DNA from: Paramoeba atlantica
Lineage: Eukaryota > Protista > Discosea
Assembly: GCA_977017575.1 (NCBI GenBank)
Contig: CDRNVI010000149.1
Span: 372,001-436,000, forward strand
DNA length: 64,000 nt
Reading direction: 5' to 3'
The first letter of the stretch is position 1; each line of letters begins with the position of its first letter. Under the pieces are notes generated by a model. The model was not told where the DNA came from. It did not search any database and saw only the letters and a program-made list of their open reading frames with translations. The translations under genes and the position numbers were made by a program. Positions 25,041 through 37,382 of the stretch are shown here, piece by piece.

Positions 25041-27799
25041 ATTTGTGAAAAAAAGACAAAAAAAAGCTGTTGTATTTTGTTGGGGAGAGGGGCAGGGGCG
25101 GGGGAGGAACAATTTCAACCAGAATGGGAGCAAATTCTGGCAGAGTGCGCTTTCTTTGTCCAAAAGACCATCAACTTGATGACTCTTTTCACAACTCCTT
25201 CCATTAAACGAAGAACCTCAGTAAAATGGAGATAAATCAGAATATTGTTGTGATTGGCATGTGTGTTCAAACACCCTCCCCCCTCCCCCCAAGAAGCGCT
25301 TCTCAGTTCTTTTGCCCTTTTGAACCTGAATGGACAAGAACTTTTGAAGCAAGGACACAGCAGAAGGAAGTTGTACATGTGAGGATTTGTCAGAATTCAA
25401 GGTTCCCCAATTGGCTCAGAACTCTAAAAACTGGAAAAATCAAGAAAACTGTTTTGTGGGGGTGTGTTTGATGATCTCCTCCAAAATAAAACTGGTTGTT
25501 GAAAAAAAGTAGGATGTGAAAAGAGGCAAATAACAGGAAAAAAAATATTTTATTTCTTCTGACCAATTCGAAAAAAAAAATATGCTTTTATTAAACTCAA
25601 CATCATCTTGCCTTTAATGAATCTTCCCCCTCTCCTCTCCTCAACTCAAGTCAAATACAATGTTCCCTGCCTGCCAACTGCTGGTAAATCTCTGATGAGA
25701 AAAAGGATAAAAATAAACCCTTTTTTGTCTGTTTTATTTTTTGGACTGAAACTAAAATACCCTCTTGATTTGAGAGGATTTCATCTTGAATATATATATA
25801 TATATATAAAATGGTAAAAATCCACAAGAAAAGAAAAGAAAAGAAAAGAAAAAACAAGAAAAAAAGGAACAGAAAAGAACAGAAAAAGGAAAAAAAACCA
25901 AAGGAAAAGACCCTTCTTAATTTCAACAACAACCAAAAAAAAACACAAAGTGGTTCCACAAAGTCTCTTTCTCTTCACTCTTTCTCCTCTTTCCCTTTCC
26001 CTCTTTCTTTCTCTTTCTCTCTTTCTCTCTCTTCTCTCTTTCTCTCTCTTCTCTCTTTTCCTTTCTCTTTCTCTTTCTTTCCTCTTTCCCTCTTTCCCTT
26101 TCTCTATTTCTCTCCTCTTTCTCTCTTTCTCTCTTCTCTCTTTCTTCCCTCTCTTTCTCTTCTTCTCTTGCCCCAAAACGAAAACCGAAAACAAAAAAAA
26201 GCGATTTTTGAGGTTTGTGATTTAGAACCTTAATTTTTCGGGGTGTGGAAAAGTGGAAAAGCTCCTCTTTTCGTCTTTTTCTGTCTCGTTTTTTTTTTGT
26301 TTTCCTCTCTCTCCTCTCTCTGCGCTTTTTTGTTGTTCTCTTTCTTTTTTTTTTGTGTTCGACAAAACTTGACATCATTTTTCTCATGTCTCCTTTCTCT
26401 TCTTTTCTTGACCCCCCACCCCCTTCTTATTCTCTCTTTTCTGACCCGGCATTTTGTCCGACCCCTGAGTGAACAAAACAAGAGAGAGAGAGGTCTTCTT
26501 CCTTCTTTTCTTTCTTTTTTCTCTTCTTTTTTCTCCTTTTTTTTCCTTCTTCTTCCTTTTCCTTTTTTCCCTCTTTTTTGGTCCTTTCTCTTTTTTCCCT
26601 TTTTTCTTTCTTTATCCGTGTTTTGATGCTGTCAAGGTTAATCCATTAGCCTGGTTTGGAATCTTTTGGTGTTTTGTTACCTTGAGATAAAAAAAATAAT
26701 CTGATTTTTGAAGATTATCAGGAATTTATTGCCTTTGCTGGGTGATTAAAATTTAATCCACCTGCAATTTAATCTCTTCTCCCGGGGAACTCCTTGGGGA
26801 ACTCCTTGGGGAACTCCTTGCGTTGAAATCTGCTGACCGATTTCTTATTCCTGAATTGATCGCGACAAAATGATTGGTTCAGCGAAAACAATTTATTTTC
26901 CAGAGAATGGAAATTTCATTTTCCAAGAATTACAAAACACTTTTCATTTTGATTTCATTCATTAAAACATTTTCCAAATCCAATTTGATTTGTTCTTTAT
27001 TCTCTTACCTTTGGCTACACGAGACTTTAACGTCTTGGGGAAATGGGGGCAATGTTAATTGTGACATTGATACCCACTTGAAAGATGTGAGGAACTTGAA
27101 GATGAGGAACTTGAGCTTCCAGCAATCAGGTTGTGCTGCCCGGCTGGAGTCTTGGATATAGCCCTGTGCAACATGATGGCTACTCCACGCACCTGACACC
27201 ATCAACTGGTCAGTTGTCCCCCCATTCTCAACAATGGCTGTGGCAGCAGCTCTCCTTCAAAAGGAGTGTGAGGCATAGTCGGATGGATCGCAATCAAGAA
27301 ACACAGCAATTTTTTTGGCAATTGTACTGATTTGGTTCTTTCCAAGGTGCTGGGCCACAAAACAACCATTCTGCAAAGTCTACACCAGAGGCGAGGTTGA
27401 TTCAGCACCAGGGTCAAGTGCTTCTCAAGTTGGACTGCTGTGTTAAAGAGACCGACTGCAGGGACAACAACTCAGGTTGTTCTCAAATTTCTTGATTTCG
27501 CACACATCTTTGAATGACCACCTCCACTGAACCCTCTTTTTTGTGGAAAATCACATTCTCACGTGTCAAAGTTGCGACCTCAGCCAAGAACTGTTGCACA
27601 GCCTTTCAAGTTTCATCAAGGTTTGGTTGCTTCCGCTAACAAGATTGGTTTGGCAACATCAGGGATCCCATTTTCGACATGACAACGCTCTCCCAGACAC
27701 AGTTTGAGCCATTTTCCAAACAAAAAGAGAAATGAAAAAATGAAAAACGTGAATCCAAATTTTTTAATCTCATATTTTAATCTATGCAGAATTTTCAGG

Positions 27800-28180
27800 T
27801 CCACTTTCTTTTTGGGACTTCTTTTGACAGCATCAAAAAGTGGATAAAATGTTGAAGCAATGGCTCGAAAAATGCAAATCAGTCTCAGATATTTTTGCTA
27901 AGTCTCGACTAGGATTCTTTGGATCTCGTGCCAATCAGAGATTGGCCCTCAACTCTCAAAATCAAAAACACCCTTGACGATTAACAGCATTTTTCAAGCT
28001 GTGTGTGGCTTAACTGCTAGAAAGTTGGGAAGATTAATATGCTCCTCTTTGTTGCTTGGAAAAACAAAATTGCCAGACAAAAAGATAAACCAGTCATTCT
28101 TCTTCTCGATGGACATTCTTCTCATTTCTCATTGGAGGATCTCTTCACAGCCTCAAAATGGAAAACCTCTTTTCTGGTCA
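27800..28180 (+). pseudogene. pogo-like DDE_1 transposase fragment
   Basis: KDKPVILLLDGHSSHFSLE motif at ~28075-28140. Confidence 0.55.
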
Positions 28181-28234
28181 AGGGGATCTGAAAATGAAAA
28201 GACATTCAATCTTTGCTTCAACTTTTCAAGAAAA

Positions 28235-28307
28235 GGGGGTGTGGCGAAGTTGGTATCGCGTCCGCTTAGCATGCGGAAGGTACCGGGATCGAAACCCGGC
28301 ATCTCCA
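28235..28307 (+). tRNA. tRNA-Ala(AGC)
   Basis: G3:U70 identity pair, TCCGC-TTAGCAT-GCGGA arm, A54 T-loop. Confidence 0.95.
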
Positions 28308-29045
28308 TTTTTTTTCTTCTTTTTTATTCACTTTTTGCTGCTCAGTTGAGGTCCAGACTGGGCGGGAAGTGGGATCTTTTTGTCTTTTCATCTGGAACTT
28401 TTGCAATGTCCAAGGTAGTGCAAGCCAAACATGAGGTTTGCCTTTAATTTCATCATTAATCCTCTCCAAAAGTTGGAGGTCAGCAATCACCCTCAAAGAA
28501 ACATTTAACTCAAGACATCTTTTTGGGTAAATGTGGAAATGAAGGCACAGTTCACATGTTGGTAGGAAGTCAAGGAATCCTCCAAAAATCGACTTTGCAA
28601 ATGATCAAGAAGTCGCTTCCCAATGGTCTTTGCTTCATTCACTGTTGAGTTTGAGAGGTCCTTCATCTTTGTTTTTGACAATTTAACAAGTTTTTGAAAT
28701 TTAGGAGGTGGTGGGATTGTGAAAGTGGATCACATGTTGTTGTTGTTTTTGTTTTGTTTTTTGACTTTTCATACTCTCTGGATGCTAATTTGAAAATTCG
28801 GACCCAGAGAGAATGAATGAATATATGATAAATCTCAAAAAAGGAGTTTTTTATTTATGTGGGGCAAAAAGAAAAAAGAGAGAGAAAAGGGGAAAAAGAA
28901 AGAAAAAGAAAGAAAAAAAGAAAGAAAAAAAGAAAGAAGGTCCAAGGTACCAACCATCAAGACAGAGAAAAAGAAGGTTGGTGGAGATTTAAGTTGTGAA
29001 AAAGTGAAAAAAAAGAAAAAAAAGAAAAAAAAAAAAAAAAGAGAA

Positions 29046-29164
29046 GGTCTTCAGCACTCGGGATTCGAATGTGGTCACCCACCATTCTACTAACCGAGCC
29101 CACAGCTGCTTAACTTCCGAGTTCTGATGGGATCGGGTGCTTTCAACTGGGTATGACCGAAGAC
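29046..29164 (-). rRNA. 5S rRNA, copy 1
   Basis: Reverse complement GTCTTCGGTCATACC...CCCGATCCCATCAGAACTCGGAAGTTAAGC...GGTTAGTA...GAAGAC, 119 nt, followed by a T-rich terminator. Confidence 0.96.
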
Positions 29165-31634
29165 ACTTTCCCTTCTTTTTTTTCTCCTTTTATAACCCCC
29201 CCCCCCCTTTTTTTTTCGAAAATTGATTTCAACATCTTTCCTCGTTTTTGATTGGTTTCGGAGAAGGAATTCAAAATAATGAGGGGTGTGTGTTTTGTGT
29301 TTTTCAAAAAAAAAAGACTCTCCATTCTTTTTGGGTTCTAATTTGAGAGTTCAAAGAGAAACCCAGAGAGCATGAATATACATCCAACAAATATCACACA
29401 CTTTAAGAAGTTCTTTCTTGTTTGGGGAGGCCGAATTTTAGCCGCAAAACTCTTAATTTTTTTGGGAAGTCAAAGAGAAAAATGTTGGGGTGTTTGAACC
29501 CAATTTAAAAAATAGCGCTCCCTCTTTTTATTTAGATCTCCAAAAACCGCTCCTCTTTTTTTGTGTTTTTTTTGTGAGAGGAAGGAGCGAGAGAGAGAGG
29601 AGGGAGAAAAGAAAGAAAGAGGGGAAGGGGGAAGGTGTTCATCATTGGTGTTTGTTTGACAGAGAAAAAAAAGAAAAGAAAGAGAATTTTTTTGTTTTTT
29701 TTTTGTGGGTCAGCCCACCTGGAAGTTATCCAGTTTCTGTCATCAGGTGGCTTGGGGACCGAAGGACTGACGGATGGATGGATGATGAGGGTGATGCAAA
29801 AGAGTGATATGAGGGAGGGAGAGAGTACATGGGAGGGACCCCCCATCCTTGAGATAAGAACAGTTTTGTTGAAGGTTTTTTTTTGTTTTTTCTCTTTTTT
29901 TTGTCCTTGTGTTTTATTCTTTTTGTGTCATTCTTTTTTGATTCCTCACCCATTCTGTTTTTCTTTTTTCTTGTTTATTCTTCCTTTGTTTCCTTTGTTT
30001 GATCTCTAAAAAAAGAAAGAGTGTTAAACTCTTGGGGGGAGGGGGGGTTGTCTTTTCTTCAAAACCCAATGGCTCTCTGTTTTTTGAGGAAAGAGAGGTG
30101 TGAAAATGGTTGGAAAAGGGATGCTCCCTGGGTTCTGTTCGGTGATTTCCCAGTTTTGTTTTGATTTGTATGTGTGGAACCTCTCACAACCTCAGGAAGA
30201 TAAGAAGAGTGACACTCCCCTCTTGTTATTTTAAAAGAAGAGGGAGGGTGTGTTTGTGGCAACCGATTTTTTTTTGGTTGTTCTTTTTTTGTCCTTCCTT
30301 CTTCCTCCTCTTCTTGGACACCCTTTTCTCCCTTTTTTGTTTTTGGTTGTTGATATTTATTTGGTTGAGGTTAGTTATTGCTGTATTGTTATTTTATTAG
30401 TTTGTGTTGTGATTATGATTGGTGATTGATTGTTGATTGTTGATTGATTGTTGGTTGTTGGTTGTTGGTTGTTGTTGGTTGTTGTTGGTTGTTGTTGGTT
30501 GTTGTTAATATCTTGTTGGTTGTTGTGTTGTTTATTGTTGTTCCATTGCTGTTTAAGTTTTTCTGATTATTGTTGTTTGTTATTTGTTTGCTTGTTTGTT
30601 GTTTGTTGATATTTGTTGGTCCTTTGTGGTACAGAAGGAGAATGATCTGTGTGTTATCAGCAAAGAGTGAAACACCCATTGAGACATTGGGTTCTATTTT
30701 TCTTTTTTCTTGTTTTTCTTGTTTGTTTTTCTTGTTTGTTGAGTTGTTTGATTTTGCTTTTGGTTGTTGATGTTTGTTTGGTTGGGGTTAAATATTGTTG
30801 TGATGTTATTTGTTTGTGTTGTGATTGTTGATTGTTGATTGTTTTTATTTTTATGTTGCTGTTTAAATTATTATTATTTGGTTGTTGGTTGTTGGTTGTT
30901 ACTTATTGGTTGGTTGTTGATTGTTGGTTGTTGGTTGTTGGTTGTTGTTAATATCTTGTTGGTTGTTATTGTTGTTGTCATTTTGTTACTGTTTAAGTTT
31001 TTCTGATTGTTGTTATTTGTTGTTACTACTTGTTGTTTGTTTGGTTGTTTGAGGGGGGAGAGAGAGGTTTGTTTGTTTGTTTGTTTGTTTGTTTGTTTAA
31101 TTGTTTATCATACCATGTTTTACAAGAAGGAGGAGGGAATCTGTCATCAGCAAAGATTTAATAAAAAGGTCTTTGTGCCCACCATTTTGGGTTTTCTATT
31201 TATTCCTTCCTTTATGTTTTGTTGGTCATTTATTTGTTGGTTAAAGTTTAAAGTTGACATGTCAGCCCCACACAAAAATTTTGTAATGTTTATAATTCCT
31301 TTTCCTAAATTGTTTTCCCAATTCCTTTTTCCTAAACAAAAGCATTTTTTAAAACCAAAAGAATAAAACACAACCAAGAGGCAGAGTTTGCCCTTGTACA
31401 TCGATGTGCCTGCTCTTTGTGGATTCTAACACAAAACAACAAACTTTCACCAAATCACAACAGTTCAAAATGTGTCAAAAATTCATTTTGAGAATATTTT
31501 AATCCCAAAAAACACTCAAAAACACAAAAAAGTGGTTTCAAAATAGGGAATTTTTGATGTTTTTCAAAGTTCCAATCAGACAATCCTCTTCACAAGTACC
31601 TGTGTTCCCAAAAAATGGTCTTTTTTCCAGAAAA

Positions 31635-31647
31635 GCCGAAATAGCTC
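31635..31647 (+). pseudogene. 5' part (nt 1-13, GCCGAAATAGCTC) of a split tRNA-Phe
   Basis: GCCGAAA pairs with the acceptor 3' strand TTTTGGC of the fragment at 37482-37539. Confidence 0.8.
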
Positions 31648-31730
31648 CAAAATACAATTTATTGAAAGATAAATTGCAAACAAAAGTTTGCATTCTCAAA
31701 ATACTACGTTAGGTTCTGTGATTTCCTAGG

Positions 31731-32200
31731 TCACAACAAGGTCCACTTTATCACTCTTGCATTTTCTGGGGAAGGATTAAATCGTCGTTTCCAAAGCCAT
31801 TGGGATCCTTCGATTACTGTCTCAAACATAAGCCGGAGGCAGTGTTGTACTCTTGTTGGGGGGACTCCTGCATTGATGAGGTTACCTCGCAAGTTTGAAG
31901 TCATTCCACCAAGCGATCCGATCACAATGGGGATCATTGTGACTTTGTAGGTGCGGTTTCGACTTTTCAGTGCTTCGACCAAGGGGAAGTATTTGTTTGT
32001 TTTGTTGATCTCACTCAATTCAGTGTTAGTATCATAGGGAGTCGAGATTTCGATAATTTCGATAGTTTGGCGAGCATGGTTGAGAATGAAGATGTCTGGT
32101 TTGTTTTTTGTGACAATTCCTTCATAGTGATGTGGAGGGATCGGTTTATCAATTAGAAGGAGATCATCAGGATGCAGACATTTAAAAGAGAGGAAGACAT
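31731..32200 (-). pseudogene. Restriction-like endonuclease domain, frameshifted from the RT ORF
   Basis: KNKPDIFILNHARQTIEIIEISTPYD...KTNKY...IPIVIGSLGG, a PD-(D/E)xK-type motif set. Confidence 0.85.
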
Positions 32201-33754
32201 TCTGAACTCGATATTGTGTCGATGGATCATATCTTGGATTCTTAGTTTACAACCATTTAGGACATGGAGTTGGGTTTCTGACTGCCCGCAGAGAGGACAC
32301 TTCCCATCACCCTTCTGTTGTGTAAAAACATAGTAGGATTTTGTTGGAAGTTGTTGCAGGTAGGCTTTCAACCAGAATCGGAGGTAGTGATTGTTGGGGT
32401 TCCATCGCTTTCGAGTGGTACTGTTAGAGTGTCCACCAACTTTCCAGCTTCTCAGGATTTGCCCTTGAACTTTTAATTCCTCAACGTGTTTGAGGATTTT
32501 ATTGTCCATCATCTTCTGAATCTTATCAACATCGAGATGCTCGAGTGCTTGGGTGTTCTCTGGGAAGAATTTACGAGCAATTTCGTGGGCAACTGTCCAA
32601 AAGCATCGCGCTCGGTCGAATGGGATGTCAGGTTTACCAATAAAGTTCTGCTGCTGGCCTCTTGCTTGTGCAGAGTCAAGTAGAGAGTCTTCAATGATGC
32701 TGACTGCTTTTTGGTCATATTCTTTGGACATCAGGTAGTTGAATCGTCTTGCTTGAAGGGAATAATACATCTTCCTGATGTTTGGGAGAGCCAAGCCACC
32801 ATTGCTGAAGGCAATGGTGAGCATTTCGATGTTGGTGTTGTGGGGGAGTCTGAACCAGGACCTGACTGAGTCATTGATGAGGAGCTGTATTTGGTCAACA
32901 TGGCCAAGGTTCGTCTTTTCATTGAGCAAGACATAGGTACATGAGCTTGCAACCCACTGGGAGAGGGCGACTATCTTGTAACGAAGAGGGAGATTCGCCG
33001 CAGTTAGAAGATCTAGTCGATTTTTGACCTTCTCGATGAGTTTTTCGATTGTTGTGCTCGATTTTGGTTTGTCATTGAAGAAGCTTCCAAGGTAGTGAGT
33101 GTCCTCTGTTTCACCTCTCTTGATGACTTCAACAGGTGATCCATCGATCTTCACAGTCCAGTCATCATGTTGTTGGATGTCTCCTTTGAAGGAGTGTTTG
33201 ATGAGGGCGCATTTGGAGGGGACAAGCTTCAGGCAAAGCCACTTCAAGAATTGTTCGAGCAGTTTGAGGGTGTCAAGGAGCATGTTTCGAGAGCCTGTAT
33301 TAAAGCACATATCATCACAGAAACCCAGTGATGGTATGACACTTTTCTGAGTAATCATCTGATATCCAATTTTACTTTTGTTGAGGAGTCGCCAGACAGG
33401 TTCAAGACAGAGGTTGAATATAATTCCACTCAGGGGATCTCCTTGTTTCACACCTCGAGATTGTGGGACATTGTTTTTTGTTTTTTCATGCGAGAAGATC
33501 ATGACGCCAGCTTTCATAATTCCCCAGATCAGGACACAAATCTTCTTTGGGAGGCCCAGGCCAAATAGGATGGTGATCATTTGCTTGTATTCAACAGCAC
33601 CAAAGGCGTTTTGGACATCAACAAACAGGCTTAGGAACTCGTTGGAGGACCGGTGTCGCGAGATGTTGTCTTTGGCCGCTTGAATCATTGAAAGATTGAG
33701 CATTGTCCCGTTCAGATTTGTGTATCCTCGTTGCTCATCGCTCCATATCTTGTT
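32153..33754 (-). CDS. Reverse transcriptase (from domain 2) with CCHC zinc knuckle
   Basis: EQRGY, FVDVQNAFG, GVKQGDPLS, FCDD, YLG, GGLAL, CPLCGQSETQLHVLNGC, RHN. The ORF-track N-terminus (33755-33877) is transposon TIR sequence. Confidence 0.92.
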   Translation of the reverse strand, partial: NKIWSDEQRGYTNLNGTMLNLSMIQAAKDNISRHRSSNEFLSLFVDVQNAFGAVEYKQMITILFGLGLPKKICVLIWGIMKAGVMIFSHEKTKNNVPQSRGVKQGDPLSGIIFNLCLEPVWRLLNKSKIGYQMITQKSVIPSLGFCDDMCFNTGSRNMLLDTLKLLEQFLKWLCLKLVPSKCALIKHSFKGDIQQHDDWTVKIDGSPVEVIKRGETEDTHYLGSFFNDKPKSSTTIEKLIEKVKNRLDLLTAANLPLRYKIVALSQWVASSCTYVLLNEKTNLGHVDQIQLLINDSVRSWFRLPHNTNIEMLTIAFSNGGLALPNIRKMYYSLQARRFNYLMSKEYDQKAVSIIEDSLLDSAQARGQQQNFIGKPDIPFDRARCFWTVAHEIARKFFPENTQALEHLDVDKIQKMMDNKILKHVEELKVQGQILRSWKVGGHSNSTTRKRWNPNNHYLRFWLKAYLQQLPTKSYYVFTQQKGDGKCPLCGQSETQLHVLNGCKLRIQDMIHRHNIEFRMSSSLLNVCILMISF

Positions 33755-34223
33755 GGGTACAGGCAGCAAAGTTGACAGTTGCGGTTGAGAAAAAGAAGTA
33801 TTTGATGATGTCATCTTTATCCATAATAAGAGTTGCTGAAAAGTTGCTGGCACAATTTGATTTATTCCTACTTCCACAAGAAAAATGAATGAAATAGACC
33901 AGACCTTATGATATGAGCAGGCGAAAAGTTGTTTTCAAAAGGACTCTTTCAAAGCCACAAAAAACACTTTGAAGCACAATTTAATTTAGGGTCCTGAAAA
34001 TAAAATTTATTCTTTTCAAAGGGGACAATTTTTTTTTCTTTTTTGGTGAAAAAAAATAGAAAACTAAATCCCGTGAATTTTTCTTGGAAAAGTTTTCTTT
34101 CTGTTTTCTTCTTTCTCTCTTTTCTCTCTTTCTTGTCTTTTCTCTCTTTTCTTTGTCTCTTTCTTTTTTCTGTTTGAAATTTTCATTCTTTTTGGAAAGT
34201 TGTAGAAACACAGAAGTTTCACG

Positions 34224-35192
34224 ATGAGTAACAAAGAGGATGAAGTTTCAAACCGAAAAAGAGGATCATTGAAAACACCAAGAGATCGAGTGGTCTTTAC
34301 CAAGTCAGAGGAAGATTTGCAACGGGAAACTGCTGATCGTTGTTATATCCACAACAAGAATGTGTATGTTGAGGTTCAGACTCGAGATGGAAAAGTGAAT
34401 CGAGCTCACTTTGTAAAACAGTTTTTTTCTGTGAAAGAAATGGAGATGCTCCACGAAACTCTTCATTCTTGCGATTATTGGAAAAGAAAAGAGGACAAAC
34501 GTGGAGATCGTCCTGAAACTATCATGGGAGTGTGGCCTGCTCGAGGCCATTGTAACCCTGGGGATCCAACTTATCCAGCAGGATTTGGAGGGAAATATGA
34601 AGATAAGCTACAATATCCAATATTGACTCCAGTTTTGGAGAGACTTGGAGAAAAGGCAACTTTGTTGGTGAAAGAGAAACGACCGGATATCTACAACCTT
34701 TTGAAGGGCGAGAACCAATTATGTTCAAATTTTGGCTTGTTTCATTTATTTCTCTCCCCTCTTGGATTCAGTTTGTTTCACAAGGACTCATTTGATTATG
34801 TTGCATTTATTTTTGGAGTCCATGTGAACCCAAATTCGACTGGAGGAGCTCTTGAAATTGGAGGATCTAAGAGAGCATTCAATATTAGAGTTGGAGATGT
34901 TTTGATGTTGGACTCTGATGCACTTTGGCATGGGAGTCGAGACTATCAGGGTGATGAAGACCCTTTCTTTCCTCATGAAGATGATCGTATGGTTGGAATC
35001 TTTGTTCTTCACCGAACCTTTTTAAAGTTGCGTGGTGTGGAGTGGGATACAATGTTGCGTGAAGATTTTGGAAGTCGAACCATCCCGAATGTGAAGGAAC
35101 CACCAAAAAAAAAAAAAAGAGAATGTCACCTGCAGAAAAGAAGCAAAGAAAGAAGGAAAATAAAAAATAAAAAACTTTTATTTAAAAAATAA
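34224..35192 (+). CDS. TET/JBP-like 2-oxoglutarate-Fe(II) dioxygenase
   Basis: FHKDSFD (HxD), GGALEI, GDVLMLDSDALWHGS (distal His), DRMVGIFV (2OG-binding Arg); spacing like protist TET/JBP enzymes; basic C-terminus. Confidence 0.8.
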   Translation: MSNKEDEVSNRKRGSLKTPRDRVVFTKSEEDLQRETADRCYIHNKNVYVEVQTRDGKVNRAHFVKQFFSVKEMEMLHETLHSCDYWKRKEDKRGDRPETIMGVWPARGHCNPGDPTYPAGFGGKYEDKLQYPILTPVLERLGEKATLLVKEKRPDIYNLLKGENQLCSNFGLFHLFLSPLGFSLFHKDSFDYVAFIFGVHVNPNSTGGALEIGGSKRAFNIRVGDVLMLDSDALWHGSRDYQGDEDPFFPHEDDRMVGIFVLHRTFLKLRGVEWDTMLREDFGSRTIPNVKEPPKKKKRECHLQKRSKERRKIKNKKLLFKK

Positions 35193-35699
35193 ATCTTTGT
35201 TCTTCTTCAAACTTCTTTTGTATAATTGATTCAAAATAAATGGAGAACTTGGAAGAAAAAAAAAGAATAAAAAGAGAATAATGACTTGTGCAGAAAAGAA
35301 GGAAAGATAAAAAAAAATTCTCAAAAATAAAAACTTTTCTTTCATTTCATTCATTAGAATTCATGTGAAGCGAACCACTGAATCTTTCTTGACTCACTCC
35401 AAGTTTCACTTCCCTCAACAGGAATTGTCATTGGGGAACGTTTTCTCTTTCGAGGAGGAGAATCATCAGGAGAATCAGGAGCATCAGATGAACCAAGGGA
35501 ACCAGATGAAGATGAAGATGAAGAAGAGGAAGATGATGAAGAGGAAGGCGGAGGTACAACTGCTTCGATCGAACAATCAAAGTCATTATGGGGAGGATTG
35601 AGAAATTCTCTTGTTTCCAAAACATCTTTTTTTTTGCTTGAATCCTCCTTTTCCTTTTATTTATTGTACTAGTCTAGAATAATAACATTATTATTTTAT

Positions 35700-36834
35700 T
35701 TTAAAAAAAAATCATTCAAAAATGAAAAATAAAGAAAAAACCTTTCTTCCGAGAGAAATTGAGAGATTTTTTTCCAACAAGTGTTTTGTTGTATCTTTCC
35801 TGTCCACTTCTTCTGAAAAAAGAAGTTGTTCCTCGAAAACAATCTCATTTGTATGTTCTTCTTCTTTGGGTGGGGGCACCAGAACAGTTTCTAAAATTGA
35901 AAAATATCGACTAAGGATGTCAACAACTGTTGCAGCATTGGAGTATGTTTGACCCCGAAAAAGAGTTTCTTTCAGGTATCAATTGAACCTCTCAATCAAA
36001 TTATTCGTTTTTCCTCCAATCCATTGTGACAAACGAGGAATTATCCATTTCTCCATATACTCAAGCCTAAAAACAAAAAATAAAATATAAATTTTACTTT
36101 ACACACTTGTTTCATTTTTCAAAGGAAAAAAAAAAGAATAAAATAAATCAAAATCCAAACCAAAGCTTTCCTTTTGGACAAGTAACAGCAATTTGAACCC
36201 ATACATTTTCTGCTTGTTCTCATCTTTTTGTTCTTTCATTTCCTTCAATACCCCAAGATAAAAAGAATAAGTTTCTTTCGGAACCCCAAGGGCTTTTAAC
36301 TTGTCCTTAGCATTCATGATCATATGGAAGTAACATAACTTCCATTCAGACTCCTCCCACATTACTTTTCCTATTAAAACAAAACAAATCAATAAAAGTA
36401 AAAAAAGAAAATAATTGTCATTCAAATAATCAACCTGCATTTCCAATACCAAACTCCATATCAGTTAAAATAGAACAATCATTCAATTCCAACCCAATAT
36501 ATTTGAGGTCAGCAAACCACCGGAGATAGGTGAATTCAGTTTTTCGATTTGTTAATAAACAAGATAGAGGACAAAAATTTGTTCCATGTATTTTATCTTT
36601 TGTATCCTCTAACATGAAAAAGAATTATCAAAAAAATGAAAATGAATTAAACTTTTCTTTTCAAATGGAAGATAACAAACCTCTCAGGGGAACACCAAGA
36701 ATCATCAGTTGTAGAGAGGGGGATAATTTAAAAACACCATCAATGAAAAATTCTTTCATATCTGGTTTTACATAATTGGCAATTAGGATCTTCGAACCAA
36801 GTTCAATGAAGACAGAAAGCTGATTGTCTTCCCC
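35700..36834 (-). pseudogene. Intron-containing MULE transposase, decayed
   Basis: Exons 36834-36681 (FFIDGVFK..QLMI), 36608-36435 (PLSCLLTNRKT..Y...ILTDME), 36370-36161 (LCYFH) with GT-AG introns. A later exon reads TNNLIERFN*YLK, with an in-frame TGA. Confidence 0.82.
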
Positions 36835-37105
36835 CTGAGATTAGAAGCGGCGGGGAAAAAAGAAGAAGAGAGAGCAACGGAAAAAATAAAAAAAAGAATT
36901 TTGGAATGAATTAAAAATCAATTTTCTTTTTTTTGACGACTTCAAAACAACTCTTATTATCTAGCCATCAAAGTCTCAAAAAAAGTTTTTTCTTCCTGAC
37001 AAAAAGAATTGCGTTGTTTTTGTGTTGTTTTAAAAGGATAAGGGTTGATGAAAAGTTGAAGCAACTTTCGAACAACAGCAACTATCAACTTTGCTGCCTG
37101 TACCC

Positions 37106-37382
37106 GTTCAAAACGATGGACACCAGCGTTGGGTTTTAGCGCTTCAGGGAGAACCTTGACTTTTTCACTCTGACTCAGGTTAAACCGGGTGTTTAGTTTT
37201 TCCAGTTTCTTTTTGTACCTAGCATGATAACATTTCACTGAATTAATCGATCGATCTTTAAAATAAAGTTTTTGAAGGAGAGAGGGTGTGATGGATGGTT
37301 TTTCCAAAACAATCTTCTCATAGAGCTGCGTCTCGTCCTGGGTCCACCTTTTCCGAGATCTGCCATTACCGCTGGTTGTCAT
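37106..37382 (-). CDS. Myb/SANT-like N-terminal domain of the R2-like element
   Basis: RKRWTQDETQLYEKIVLEKP...FKDRSINSVKCYHARY. Confidence 0.7.

Larger units (their letters stand above)
24283..31230 (+). repeat. Segmental duplication, copy A (Glu tRNA, CT tract, 5S, GTT tract); copy B at ~47010-54740
   Basis: Collinear matching blocks throughout; the copies differ by insertions. Confidence 0.85.
33755..37105. mobile_element. Mutator (MULE)-type DNA transposon, 3351 bp, 33 bp TIRs, 3 bp GTT duplication
   Basis: TIRs GGGTACAGGCAGCAAAGTTGA(C/T)AGTTGC(G/T)GTTG match at 31/33. GTT at 33752-33754 and 37106-37108. Confidence 0.88.

Noticed and set aside
26784-26820. Short regular repeats (GGGGAACTCCTT x3; also 4943-5045 and 11861-11905) as a CRISPR array
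   Set aside because: No unique spacers and a eukaryotic context; these are plain tandem repeats.
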